64,000 nucleotides of DNA from NCBI GenBank assembly GCA_020137815.1, contig CM035353.1:2480001-2544000 (forward strand). Reading direction: 5' to 3'. Below the pieces are notes generated by a model. It had not been told where the DNA came from. It searched no databases and was given only the letters and a program-made list of their open reading frames with translations. Of the stretch, positions 27,853 to 42,992 are shown one piece after another; positions within the stretch are counted from its first letter, which is position 1, and every line of letters starts with the position of its first letter. Origin of the DNA: Hormiphora californensis (Eukaryota; Animalia; Ctenophora). The position numbers and the translations under genes are program-made.

Positions 27853-30800
27853 TGCTGTTGTTGTAGTAGTAGTTCTAGGGAGATTAGAGCCGAGGAGGGC
27901 CTAGAGTCCTCCTCGCCAGCTCCACTGATCCCCCCGGGTCGGACGTAAGTAGGTCGAGTGTTGTCCGAGTCGTCCCGAATAACCTCATTCTCTCGCCAGA
28001 GGTTCGGGAGCAGTCCTGCATCCAATGTTGCAGGTCCTGTTGTTGTCCTGGACAGTGTGGACATTCCGGGCTCACGGCCTTATCTATCCGGTGTTGGTAG
28101 GCTCGGAAACCATTATGGTGGCCCGATCGGAGACGAGCTATGAGTACCTGGTCCTTTCTCGTCCTTATGTCTTTGTCCGTGTCTTTATTATACCGTGTGC
28201 GGCAAAAAAAGGCCCCCCCCTAGACCACCATGATAGTTGCCGATGTGGTGGAGAGCTGTAACTTGGCAGGGTTGCTCCACTATGTCTATCTTGATCCTGA
28301 CAGAAAAATCAGAGCTCTAGCTCAAAATTCATTTTCATGAACGGAATGAACTTCTCCGTTCTTTCGATATGAGACCCCCTCATCATTCAGAATTTTTTGC
28401 CCGTCTTTGGCTAACGATTATCTTTGTAATGAGACCAATTTGAGCATAATATGATTACCAGGAGAGACACAGTGGAGGGTTTTCCGACCGTCACTCCTGA
28501 CATGTGATCCAGGCCCGGTCACGTGGTGAAAAGTGGGTTTGGGGTGCTGTTAACATGTCTCAATAACGGATTATTGCTCTCATATCCCTTGAATATCCCT
28601 CCACAATGCTCTCAAGTCACTTTGTGATGCTGATTGATTGGGTTCATGTCACCAGTTCTTGTCAAAGTTCTCAAGCGGCCCGTGATACGAGATCATTTCA
28701 TCAAGGAGGGGCCATCTTGTGTCACTAATCAGCCTATCATCTCACATTACACTAGCCAAGGGATCTGGGGTATTTAAATCTTCAAATGTTCATCAAAATC
28801 ATTCCCAATCGTTACTTGCAATGCATTTTACACCCGAACAGAGGAACTTCATCTGGCTCAAGAAGGAAACCAACACCCTCTACCCCACCATCGAACAGGA
28901 GTTCTTTATCAAGTTTGGCCGCGATGCCCCATCCAAGAAATCCTGCAGAAAGATCCATCGGACAGTTTCAGACGAGGGCCACTCCAAAAACAACAATCCT
29001 GGACGATCCGGAAGGAGGAAGTCTGCTACAGGTCCTGCTTCTTGTAGGTCTCTGCAGTCCGCTGGTGTTGTACCGGCTCGTCCTTTATCACCCGCCGTAT
29101 GTGGGCCTTCACGGCTGCGAAGGATACTGGCCTCTCACCCTGATTCTCCGTTTCCAGGGTGGTTGCGTCCTTGGCTGCCTTATCAGCTAGTTCGTTACCG
29201 GGAACATCCACATGGCTGGGGATCCACCGAATGGTAATGTCTGCTTTGCATCCACCCATACTGTGTAGTAGGGTTCTCAGGTCATCCGGTGTCCGGCTAT
29301 TGTCGCTGTTGGGTTTGTACTTGCCATGCTGTCGCATAGCGATTTGCTATCGGTGCAAACCAGCACTCTCCAATACTGGGGGTGGGAGTGGAGCCAAGAG
29401 GACGCTGTCCTCATAGCTTCTAGCTCCTCCTCAAATGATGAGGTGTGCGGTCTTCCTCTAGTCTTGATGGTGTCAATGACGGTGGGGTTTTCTGGGGGTC
29501 CAGTGGTTGCCACCATACCACTGCCTCCGTTGGAAGTACCCTCCTCTGTGTATATCGTTACCTCTGCCTTGTGTTCACTGATGGTCGACAGTGTGAGGGT
29601 TCTCAGGTCATCCGCGGGAAGGGTATTTTTTGTCACTCCGCCCGGTAGTGTTTGGTGGATGGTCAGTGTGTTTCCCTCCATCCAGGGAGGGGGTGTGGAG
29701 TAGGAGAGCTCCTCTCTATTCTCGAATGTGGCTGGGAGATGGGATTGGAGGTCTTCAGATCTGGTCCGGAAGCTAGGCCGTACTAGCCTGTGTGCTACCG
29801 TTCCCTCAACCGCTAGCCGGCGCGGGTGATCCTGTGGAGATCTGAGGGCCTTTTCGCTGGCCGTTAGCAGGAGCCTCTTGGATTGTGTTGTGTAGCTTTG
29901 CACTCCTGCTTCTAGTCTTAGAGCTTCAAGGGGGGTGGATCTGTACTGGCCTGTGATTAGACGTAGAGCTTTGTTCTGTAGGGTTTCAAGGGTTTTTCTG
30001 TTTGTATCAGAAATCCACGGCTGCCAGGCGCTAGCGGAGTAGTCCAGTACACTTCGGATGTGCGTATTGTACACCTTTAGCAGACTGTTCTTCTTCCATC
30101 CCCAGGTGGTGTTACTGAGGGCTGCTAGGATTCGACACTTGGAGTTGATCTTCTCCTTCAGTGACTTGACGTGAGGACCAAAGGTGAGCTATCCAGGATA
30201 ACTCCCAAGAGTCTCGGTGTCGGGTCATAAGAAAGATTGATCTCCCCCGCTTGCAGAGAGGGTCTCCAGTGGGCTTCGTTACTCGATGTTGTAAAGTAGG
30301 TGCTGACGCTCTTGTCACTCAGTATCATCTTATATTCCCTGCACCACTCCACTACTATGTCAACCGCCCTCTGGCAGCTACGGGCGGCCTTCCCGAGTGT
30401 GGAGCCGATACCGGTGACTGTGACATCGTCAGCAAATAGTGAGTTGACGCTGTCCTCCGGGAGTCTCTCTGCAAGTGTGTTGATATAAAACAGAAATAGC
30501 AGTGGGGCCAACACTGACCCTTGTGGTAGTCCTTGTCTGAGGATTCGTATGGAGCTGTGGGAGTTATAATTGTAGTTAACTCTGGCAAGTCGATTGTTCA
30601 GGAAGCATCGTAGCCAGCGAATAAGGGGTTTGGGTACTCCCTTGTTGTACATGGTCAGGAGGAGCTTATCCCTCCAGACCTTGTCATAAGCCTTGGATAG
30701 GTCTAGTAGTGCCATTACTGTTCTGTTGGAGGGTTTGGATTGGAAGCCATCATCTATAGATTGGACCAGCCGGAGTACCTGGTCTTCACAGCATCGTCCT

Positions 30801-31966
30801 CTCCGGAACCCAGCCTGGAGGCGATGGAACCAGCCTCCAGTCTCTGCGAGGTGGTAGATTCTGTCCGCTATCATTCTCTCTGCTGTCTTCACCACACATG
30901 AAGTGAGGCTGATTGGCCTGTATGACGATAGGACCTTGGCTGGCTTGCCAGCCTTCAACAGGGGGATGATCGAGGCAGTCCTCCAAATCTGTGGCAGATT
31001 GTTGGAGTGCAGGGACTGGTTAAAGATGGCAAGGAGTTCTTCCAGGGCGTTGCTCCCCAGGGCTTTGATGAAAGCAGGTGTTATGTCATTTGGGCCCGGT
31101 GCGCCCTTCTTCTTGCTTTTCTTTATAGCTGTCTTTAGCTCCTTCATTGTAAAGGGGGAGCTAGCTGGAGCTTCTACTTCGTCTTCTCCAGTTGGTTCTT
31201 CCTCGAGGATCCGGTTGAGCTTCAGGTTGGTCTCTGTACGTTCTGGTCCTGTTATGTTCAGGGAACTAACACGGGCGTAATGGGAAGCAAATATGTCGGC
31301 CTTTCTCTTATTGTTTGTGATGAGTCGGCCGTTGTGGAGCAGGGCTTCGTTTGGGTTGTTGGTGTCAGGGCATCCATTGAGGGAGCGCACGAGCCTCCAT
31401 AGCTGGGGATCCTGCATCTCTGCTCCAGCAAGAGTTTCCTCCCACCGGTCCAGTTTTGCTTCGTCCATCAGGTTGGCGGCGTTGTGGCATGCCTCAATCC
31501 ATTCTTCTCTGTGGTCTTTCACGTTCTCTCTTAGGGTGTTCCTTTTTGTCACGGCATCTCTTACTCTGGGGTTCATCGTGCCCTTTCCTGGTACTGTTTT
31601 CCCCACATGCTTTTCCGCAGCTTTGATCACTTTTTCCTGGAATCTTCTCACCCTTCTATGGATGTTTGGTTCCTCCTCCAAGTCCAGGAAGTCGTTCTCT
31701 AGCTCGGCTGTGAAGCTGGAAAGGTCAACATTTGCTCTCCACTTGGGAGGTCGACTGATCTGTTGTTGTAAGGCGAGGTTGGATCTGATGTTGAATATGA
31801 TGGGAAGGTGATCAGGTCTTGGTCGGGATGCCAGTCTGCTCTATCAGCCCATTTCTTCCCCACGAGTGTTACGTCGGGGGAGCTCTCAGTGCCGGTAGCA
31901 GGGTTCACCCTTGTTGGTCTCCCGTCGTTAAGCAGTGTCAATCCCTCCTCTACGATCAGGTCTCCA
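27853..31966 (-). mobile_element. 5'-truncated LINE with APE remnant, reverse transcriptase, RNase H and CCHC knuckle (I/Ingi-like group), frameshifted
   Basis: LLNDGRPTR..SPDVTL; YRPISLTS, QAGFRRG, LDLSKAYD, GLPQGSVL, LFADD (30158-31681); [22 protein letters not shown]; CPHC..HWMQDC; (CTA/CAA)n tail. Confidence 0.92.
28193..29037 (+). mobile_element. one-ended Tc1/mariner element (left TIR + N-terminal HTH) nested in the LINE
   Basis: TA-ccgtgtgcggc start; [38 protein letters not shown] from ~28821; truncated. Confidence 0.75.
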
Positions 31967-32479
31967 AACCTCTAAACCTCCACCACACCTCCAAACCTCT
32001 AAACCTTCACCAAACCTCCAAACCTAAACGCAACCACAAGTCACAACTAACGCCGCCAAACACCCGCCAAACACCAAGAGATCCGGAACAGCGGAAAGAC
32101 CGAGACCCTCCGTCCACTAAGATGGAAAACGTGGACACTCGCCAGACACCGAGACTCAGATCGAACTCATCACCTGACACCGTTTCGGGGCTTTAATTCG
32201 GTACGGGTACACAAGTTACTAAGTCAGGCGCCCCGGAAATCTCGATAATATGAGACCACCGTTCGATCTATACACAGTTGCCTGGAATGAAAGTGTCGAC
32301 TGGGGTCCCTCACTGCCTCCCCCTTTGACAGGTTTATGGCAGTAAGGGTACACCCATCGAAACACACACTCCACTGCGAGGGCGAGTCTAATAGATTCTT
32401 TCAGCTGCATAGTTGTATTAGCCATGTAGGTAATCCTCCCTGAACCCCACCTTTCTGGATCCTTCTATCTACGTTCCCG

Positions 32480-33232
32480 TTCTCCACACCTACCTTGATT
32501 ACCGCTCCCACTGCCCAACACAAACCAAAATCAACATTGTGAAGACAGAGGCAAGGAGAATCATCAACAGATGCTCCTCCCCCGACCGGGACATCCCTCA
32601 TCTGGAGAAACTCAGGACCAACCTACTCAACTCCGGATACCCCAACAACCAGGTATCCCTCATAATAGCTGAGGAAATCACCCAACCAAACCCCCCACAC
32701 AACACCAACCTCCCCCCAACACCACCAATCCCCCGGCACAACCCACCCCGACCCTCAATTTGTGATGAAAGTACCATACACCAATGAGGGGGCCCTCCGC
32801 ATATACCGAAGAGCCATCAAAAAGTCCGAGCTAAGAGACACGCTCCCCAAATTGCAACTGCACATACCACCAACACGATATACCGTGTGACATCCAGCAC
32901 GCTGTATACAGGGCAATCTGCAATTTCTGCCACCAAGTATATATCGGAGTAACCAACCGCCCCCTCAAAGCCAGACTTGACGAGCACGAATCAGCAACAA
33001 GATTGGGTAATCTTGATTGCTCGACCTGGCCGAACATGCAAACATGGCCCACTTCCATCACCTAACAGGGAACAGGGGCACCCGCGACTACGACAGTTTC
33101 TTCGATATGTACACCTTCGAGGTAGCAACAAGGGCACAGGACACCTTTGGGGCATACATCGCAGAGAGCCGCCGCATCACCGGAGAGCATCCTGGCCTCA
33201 ACGAGCAGGAAAACAACGGTTTTATCTTTTGA
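32480..33232 (+). mobile_element. Penelope-like element 3' part (GIY-YIG endonuclease), frameshifted
   Basis: YRSHCPTQTKINIV..LLNSGYP; AVYRAICNFCHQVYIGVTNRPLKARLDEH; ESRRI..PGLN. Confidence 0.85.
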
Positions 33233-33414
33233 GCCTCGGACTTAATAGTCAATGAGAGGAGAGAAGAGAAGATAGAAATGAGAGACTTTCAATAAAACTT
33301 TCCTCAGTATGCCAATCGTGGTTAATTTACTTTACCTTACCTTATATATTTTTTAGAGGGAGGATGAATAGAGAGCGGCAGGACCCCTTTTTTCGAGTCT
33401 CGGAGGAGAGAGAG

Positions 33415-34845
<1,431 letters not shown>

Positions 34846-35510
34846 TGGAATGGTATGGCTGAATTGCTTACCCTGTACAGGACCTGGGCGAGTGGGAGAA
34901 GACAAACAACCCCATCCAACCCCAACCATCCCGAAACTAGCCCCTCGCTGCCTCCCCCAAAAACCAGGAACCCCCACCCAATTCTCCCTTATTAGGGAGA
35001 ACAGAAAACAGCCCTGACCCCGGGAAAAAAAACGACCCTATACAGTATAGGATCGCATATTCGTGGTTTTTTGACACTGGGCCTATACTAGGGGAACAGA
35101 GCCCCTGAACCACCCCTCTCATCCCACCGAAAACTCTGCCAGGTCCTGGAGTGAGTGCATGGTCTTACCCTTTCCTGAGCAGGAACGTGCTCTGAAACAT
35201 GTTTCCTAACAGCTAAAGAAGTAATAAGTAATAACGGGGGAAAAGATTAAAAACAACTAGACTAGCACCAAAACCAAATCAAGCTAAGCTCCAGTCCCCG
35301 GCCTGGACTAGAAAAGATGACCGGACACATCCGATATTTCTATCTCCACCATATTTTTTATCATCCATATGACTGGTACTGTCAGATGGAGAAGCGGATC
35401 ATAACTTTTACATCACATCCCTTAAGCCATATAATATCCGATTCCGTCCGGAAATTTCCACTAGAAGTGAGATCTGGCATGATTATTAAAATAAAGTTGT
35501 GTTCAGCAAA

Positions 35511-36348
35511 ATGACGGATGATTTGATGATACGAGTGGGGAAGTACCGCATCAACCATAATCCGACTGGGGCTGCATTGGGGGATATGCTTGGATTGATG
35601 GGTGACCTTAATCCAAGTGTGGCCGGGCCAATAAGTACCCTAGACAAGTTTCAGAGGTAAAAATAAAACTTTCCAACTCTTTCATTTTCTTCGATTTTCA
35701 TCCACATTCCACCCTTTATCATTATCATCACTTTTATCACCACCATTTTATATAGGAGAGTGGATCAGACTATTACGCCAGTACCGATGACTACGTATGC
35801 TTTCTGCTCTATATGTCATGCATATTATGATATAGCGGAAGCGAAGGAAATGAGTGACTGTGCCATGTGCAATGCACCCTTTGAAATTGGGGATAATACA
35901 TTTTTATATACTCATCCCCGGAACTACCTCCGGCCATTAATGGAAAAACACCACGATTCCATAGCAAAATACCAGCGCGAGCAGCTTACCGCAACATGCA
36001 TGAAAGATGTTCATCAGGTAAAAAATTAACCATTTAAAAATACTAATATTATTTACTCATCATATCAATACATACAAACAGAGTGAAAAACACCTATTTT
36101 GCACAATCTTACGTTTCACCTAATAACGTAGTTATGGCCATAGTACTTGAAAGCAGCCCAAATATATATATATATATATATATCTATTAAGCCAAAAACT
36201 AATTGAAATTAGTTGGCGGGAAAGGTGACCCACTTACACCTTTTGCTACTGCCGGGTATCACCACGAACTCTCTCCTGTCCCTGTCTCTCTCTCTCGCTC
36301 TCTCTCATTCTCTCTCATTCTCTCTCGCTCTCTCTCTCTGTCTCTCTC

Positions 36349-36420
<72 letters not shown>

Positions 36421-39110
36421 CTCTCTCTGTGTCTCTCACTATCAAACTCTCTTTCACTGCCTTATTCCATTATATTCACCTCTTATATCCCTGATCCCGG
36501 CAGCAGGCAAAGGTGTAAGTGGGTCACCTTTCCCGCCAACTAATTTCAATTAGTTTTTGGCTTAATTTAGGTCCCTTTTTGGTTTCTAATCGCAGCATGA
36601 GATTATTTCATGATGTAATATTGTCGAAATGATGCGCTATATGAGAAACGAGACGAATTTCTGTGAAAATCGTATTTTAGACGTCGTAATGACGTCATTT
36701 GACGTAATTAGTGACGTCGTAACGACGTAATTGCATCACGATATATTTTGAATCAATACCCCAAAGGAGCTTGTAAAGTTTCATTGACCACAGTGGTCAG
36801 GAAAGGGAGTTTTTTTGCTCGAAAAACGTTGAATTTGCTGAATTTTTTCGTCAAATTTTTGACTTTTGACGCGATTTAAGGGCTCAAAATGATAAGCTAC
36901 GAAAATTCACAATATAGTATCTGAAAGTTCAGACAATTTGCCGGTAACGATTTTTCGTCAAATCAGAAATCGGAACACGTCTTTAGGGTGCTAGAGGCGT
37001 TTGAAAAAAGTTAGTCGGTCTCGCGCAATGACGTCACTCGTGACGTCATTGCGCGCGTCATAGCTAAGATGGAGAGTCTCCACCCAGATGGGTACATGCA
37101 CGAGACAATTATCTGTCGAATGCCGCTTGGTTTAAGGTCGTACGATGTCTGGTTCGTCTCAAACTGGGACCAAACGGATGGTAACAAAGCGTCTATACAT
37201 ATATATATATATATATATATCAACCTAGTTATCCCCACACTGAATTTTCTGTTTTGGGGGTGGTGTTATAACTTTTGAACAAAAAGAGCTAGCCACTTGA
37301 AATTTTTACCATCGATAGAGGTCTACAAGAAGCTTCTAAGTACAAAATTTCAGCTTCCTAGCTCTTCCGGTTCGGGAGTTATGGCATGTCAAAAAGTGCC
37401 AAAATGGGCTAAAAGTATGAAATAACTATATATACGCTGTGAGCAAGCGGTCCGTTTTGGGGGGAAATTTTTTTTCGGGGGATGGATGGGGTCACCTTTG
37501 CGCTTGCCAGCGCAGTGATATTGTATACCCCTCTCACTCACCACTGATTGTTTTTTGTCTCATACACAGAGTCGGAGGTATCAGGAACTGATTTCCGAAC
37601 ATTGGGCTCCGCCGTTCTCAGGTCAACTGGTCCCTATACTCACTCTAATAGTAAACACGGATGGGGTAGAACATGCTAAAAGTTCGCCAAAATCTCTCAA
37701 TCCTGTTCTTCTTGCAGTGAACGAACTGCCGCCAGAACTCCGCAATATTCTTCTTATTGCTCCATTTTTGTTCATTAAAACAAAAAAAGAGAAGTTTAGC
37801 GATAAACTTCTCAAACTCTTGGTGAAGGACTTAAATGAGCTAGCCACAAACGGAGTAAGTATATAATATACAATATACAGTCGGACCCCGATTTAGGGAC
37901 ACCCTCGGGGGAAAGGCTCTTGTCCACTAAATCGGGGTTTCCACTAAATCGGGGTCAAATAAGGTTAATTTCCTATATTGGGGGAAAAAATCCTGTCCCT
38001 AAATCGGGGTGCCACTAAATCGAGGGGCCCTAAATTGGGGTCCGACAGTATTATGTACATGTACATATATACCATCTAAGCATTTTATGATATTGAAACC
38101 TGATAGTGATTCATTTCTGATTTTTCACCCTGCGACACCAACAATAACCCAAAACTCACAACCTATGTTTGACCTCGCCCACGCCCCTATAATAGGTTGC
38201 ACTAATTATATAATATGTAAGTACTTCTCTCTTTCAGTTATATTGGGAAATGGACGGACACCCTCAATACACCAAAGTCTTAGTACACTCGGTTTCGGTG
38301 GATGCCGTTGCAAAACCAGAAATCCTAGGGTTGGTTGGCCATTCAGGATATAATTCATGTCCTTCCTGCACGGTTGATGGTAAGTAGGATTTGAGTTAGT
38401 TGATTTGACATTGCAGTAATAGACAATGGTCCCTGAACCATTAAAGTTCATTTTAATGGCCACTGATCATAGTATAATTAAAATTTCGATTTACGGATAT
38501 CATGGTACCCGTTTTACGGGTTCTAAAATCATTTTGCACGAATATTATTGGTACCTAATAGGGGCTTTAGGACCTGAAAATTACCTCGGAGAGAGTTGTC
38601 CGAAAATTGGCGCCGACTTCTTTTTTTCTGGTGACTTTCTGTCCGTATTTTTTTGGACAGTCACCAGATCCGGACTATAACTCACCAAAATTCGAGATTT
38701 TAAATAGAGTTGTAGTCCGAAATATTCGAGTTCGAGTTTCAGTCCGGTAGCCCCTCTTTTTTTACACTATTACCCAGGATATAAGAGGCCATTCAAAAAG
38801 GACGTCCGGGACCCCTGGACGTCTTTTTTGAATCGCCCCTAATGGTAAAAATCATGTTTTTTGTTTCTTACAGCGAATACTGGGGCATAGTCATTTTACT
38901 CAATTTCATAATAGGGGAGTACGTGGTAAAAGAAAAAAAGAAGACTGAAACCGGAAAACGTCGGGGTGGAAAAGTCAGTCTTGGTAGTGAAGCAGGGACG
39001 CCACGTACAGAGATTAACATAGGAACTGATGGCCAGAAGAAGTACCCTGTCCTGAATGATCTTATTGGTAGGTACATCCCCCTCTCTCTTTATCTCTTTC
39101 TCTCTCCCCC

Positions 39111-39167
<57 letters not shown>

Positions 39168-39210
39168 ACCCGCTCTCTCTCTCTCTCTCCTCTCTCTCTC
39201 TCCTCTCTCT

Positions 39211-39278
<68 letters not shown>

Positions 39279-40928
39279 TGTCCCTCTAACTCTCTCAGCT
39301 CCTCTCCCTTGTTACGTGTTCTTTTCAGGAATTAGCATTCTTTTCCAACTTGTCACAATCGACATTCTCCACTGTGGATGGATTGGGGTAGTGAAGGCTC
39401 TCCTCCTGCAAATGACGAAAGGGACATCTGCTCAGGTGATGCAATTGATTAAGGCTGCCGATGAGTTTATCTTGGAACTGGATCCGCCTTCATACATTGA
39501 GCGATATCGAGGTGAGAAGTAGAACATATTTCATATAGCTGGTAGCAGGTAGGAGGAGAAGGCCATAATCGGACTTGTTCTTGTTGTACTTGTAAGAGAG
39601 AGAAATGGGGAGTGGATAACAGAATTATAAGGGTAATAGTAGTAAGAGGAGATTAACATAGACTACAACCATTCGGCCATTCCTACTCCTAGGGGGTTCG
39701 TGGTGGGTGATCAAATGAAAAATGTTAAGCATTTAAAAATACTTTTAGGGTTTTCTGAATTAAACATGTGGAAAGCACACGAGTTTGCGACTTTTTTGTT
39801 TACATACTCAGTGCAGCTTTTTGAGCATCTGGCACAGACTGGACACATTACGACCGAGGTTGCAGAGCATTGGTACATCCTCGTGTGCGGTCTGACAAGA
39901 CTTAACCTACCCGAGATAACACCTGATGACCTCAATGTATGTTTTATTACAATATCGCAATATGCACTGTAAATCGAAAATCCCCACCCTGAAATCTGGA
40001 TTTGATCTGGCTTTATTGTCTTGTCAGCCCTCCCAACCCCCATAATGCATTTTGTAGGTTGCGGAGCGTACCCTGAAGGCGTTTGTCGAAAGAGTGGGGC
40101 AGATACATGGAGACTTTGCTGTCACTTACAACGTTCACCAGTTTTTACATCTAACTGAGTGTGTTCGTCATCTTGGTCCTTTATGGGCAAATTCAATGTT
40201 CAGGTTAATCAAATGAAAGAATCGATTGTTTGTCCAGCTATATGAGTCTCATGATGATATAATTATGTTATAATGATATATGGTCAAATTGAGACAACGG
40301 CATCATCAGCTCAAATTAATTTGTTTAAAGTAGTGTTGAAAAGTACAAATCGGTATTTACCTGAGTTTAGTTTCCCTGCTCTTTTGATATATGTACCTAT
40401 CTAGAAAACTTGTGGGGGTCGAAATCTAACATTTTGCTTCATTTTCCTAGATTTGAGGGTTTCAATCGAGTGCTTTTGGCATCCTTTCACGGTACACGAC
40501 ATCAATGTATGCAGATTGGAAAACGCCTTGGCCTCCGGTTTGCTATCTTGATGCTACCAGGGCCATGCCAACTCACCGGTCTCCAAAAAAAGTTGATCAT
40601 TAGCCGTCCGATGTCTCCGACCGAGCTGATTGATGCTGGCTTGAAACACCTCGCTGAATCGATATTCAAGCGATCGAGAATTGGAAAAATACTGCTGAAG
40701 CAAGGAGCTTTTTGTCAGGTGCGGGGTTTGCTGGATGTGGCAACAGTTTTAGGATTCACCGCCGATGGGGACGTGATTGTAACTGGTCGGAAAAGTGTTC
40801 CATATTTAGATTTGCCACACTCATTCCAGTTCACCGAGGAAGAAACTGAATCCTACTCAGTTCCATCGAAGGACATATTTTTGGGGTTCTCGGTGAAACA
40901 AGTGTTTCATAAGAGGCTTAGGAACTAA
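35511..40928 (+). CDS. EnSpm/CACTA (CMC) transposase, 9 exons, ~660 aa, no stops
   Basis: Exons 35511-35656, 35756-36017, 37570-37854, 38238-38379, 38915-39067, 39329-39511, 39749-39936, 40058-40203 and 40451-40928, all GT-AG and phase-compatible. Motifs: CxxC..CxxC, NTDG, NELPPELR, DAVAK, GHSGYNSCPSC, DILH, WKAHE, YNVH..HL..LGPLW..FRFEGFN. Confidence 0.88.
36183..37520 (+). mobile_element. Helentron/Helitron2-type non-autonomous element, copy B (intron 2 of the transposase)
   Basis: TCTA start; long IR spanning 36190-36562 enclosing (CT)n; subTIR aaaggtgaccc / gggtcaccttt; 3' stem-loop tgcgcttgccagcgca. Confidence 0.75.
38785..38839. mobile_element. 55-bp Harbinger-type mini-MITE
   Basis: TAA-gaggccattcaaaaaggacgtcc..ggacgtcttttttgaatcgcccc-TAA. 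Confidence 0.65.
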
Positions 40929-41089
40929 AATGGGCGTCTCTATTTTATGTCTATGCCCTGCCTCCGTCTCTTACTAATAATGATGTGTTATATGAGTTTC
41001 AAACTTTCATCAACTGTAACGAAAAAGAAAGTACTAGAGATTTATATTGTTTTTTCCCTCCGTTACCTATGTCACCCCCACCCCAATAG

Positions 41090-41801
41090 CCAACTAAGTG
41101 TGTCTAGTGCAATGATAGACATGATAACTGTCGAATGAACTAGGTGTAACTGGTACAATGATAGGCAGGATGACGGCATAGTGAACTAGGTGTGAGGGGT
41201 ACAATGATAGACAGGGTAACTGCAGAATGAACTAGGTGTGAGTGGTACAATGATAGGCAGGATAACTACAGAATGTACTAGGTGTGACTGGTGCAATAGT
41301 AGGCAGGGTAACTGCAGAATGAACTAGGTGTGACTGGTACAATGATAGACAGGATAACTGCAGAATGAACTAGGTGAGTGGTACAATGATAGGCAGGATA
41401 ACTGCAGAATGAACTAGGTGTGAGTGGCACAATGCTAGGCAGGATAACTGCAGAATGAACTAGGTGTGAGTGGTACAATGATAGACAGGGTAACTGCAGA
41501 ATGAACTAGGTGTGAGTGGTACAATGATAGGCAGGATAGCTGCAGAATGAACTAGGTGTGATTAGTGCAATGATAGACATGATAACTGTCGAATGAACTA
41601 GGTGTAACTGGTACAATGATAGGCAGGATGACGGCATAGTGAACTAGGTGTGAGGGGTACAATGATAGACAGGGTAACTGCAGAATGAACTAGGTGTGAG
41701 TGGTACAATGAGATACAGGGTAACTGCAGAATGAACTAGGTGTGAGTGGTACAATGATAGACAGGGTAACTGCAGAATAAACTAGGTGTGAGTGGTACAA
41801 T
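41090..41801. repeat. 46-bp minisatellite, ~15 units
   Basis: gaatgaactaggtgtgagtggtacaatgataggcaggataactgca consensus. Confidence 0.95.
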
Positions 41802-41819
41802 GGGGGGTGCGGAAAAGGG

Positions 41820-42104
<285 letters not shown>

Positions 42105-42247
42105 AATAGCATGAGCCATTCAAGGAACGTCGAGAAGAGTTATGAACGGTTTGAGAGGAATCTGCGATCCCGATTGTACGTGTCTATATCTCTATTATTC
42201 CTCTTCTAAACATGACCCACATCAAATGGAAGATGTATGCGGAGACG

Positions 42248-42919
42248 TATCACTGCGCTGGCAAGCGCAAGGGTGGCCCCATCCCCTCCCCCCAAAAACT
42301 TTTCCTGAAAAAAACTTGCCAACAGCGTAGATATAACAATTTTAAAGTTTAAGCCCATTTTGGCACTTTTCGACCCCTCCTAACTCAAGAACCAGATGAG
42401 CTAGGAGGCTGAAATTTGGTACTAAGAAGCTTCACATAGACGACCGTATTGACGTCACAAAGTGACGTCATTGGAAAATCTCATACCGAATATTTTCAAA
42501 CGCCTCTAACACCCTCTAGACGTATTCTGATTCCTTTTTTGACGGAAAATCGTTGGTGGCAAATTGTCTGAACTTTCAGATATTTTCTCTAACTTGTAAA
42601 TTTCAGATATTAAAACGCGTTGGAACTCAAAAATTTGATGTGAAAATCCAAATAAAATTTCACATTTCGTGCAATAACTTCAGTTTTTGACCTCAAACAA
42701 CCAAAAATAGACCAAATTTAGAGCAAAAACTAATTGAAATTAGTTCGCCAGAAAGGTGGCCCACTCCTTCATTTCCGCCACCTTTGAGTTGAAGGCCGAA
42801 AAGTATACGGATACCTCAATGTCTTTGAAGCCTAAACTCAAAGGTGACGGAAATAAAGGAGTAAGAACAAAGTGGGCCACCTTTCCGGCGAACTAACTTC
42901 AATTAGTTTTTGCTCTAGA
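42248..42919 (-). mobile_element. Helentron/Helitron2-type non-autonomous element, copy C
   Basis: Same architecture as A and B; subTIR variant ggtggccc at both ends. Confidence 0.7.
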
Positions 42920-42992
42920 TAATTATATACTCAGTATATAAAGTTATAACACGTAGGTACCACTTATTGAACCCATATTTATTTTCAGTCAG

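Noticed and set aside
32160-32235. Hammerhead ribozyme next to the Penelope remnant
   Set aside because: GAAAC..GTC and a cctgac/gtcagg pairing exist on the minus strand, but no correctly placed CUGANGA core
34878-35310. Left terminus of the EnSpm element (CCC/CAC starts at ~35019, 35075, 35296)
   Set aside because: No reverse-complement partner found downstream; the first two lie within a separate caggacctgg..ccaggtcctg element
41090-41801. CRISPR-like array
   Set aside because: Units are contiguous with no unique spacers; eukaryotic context; no cas genes
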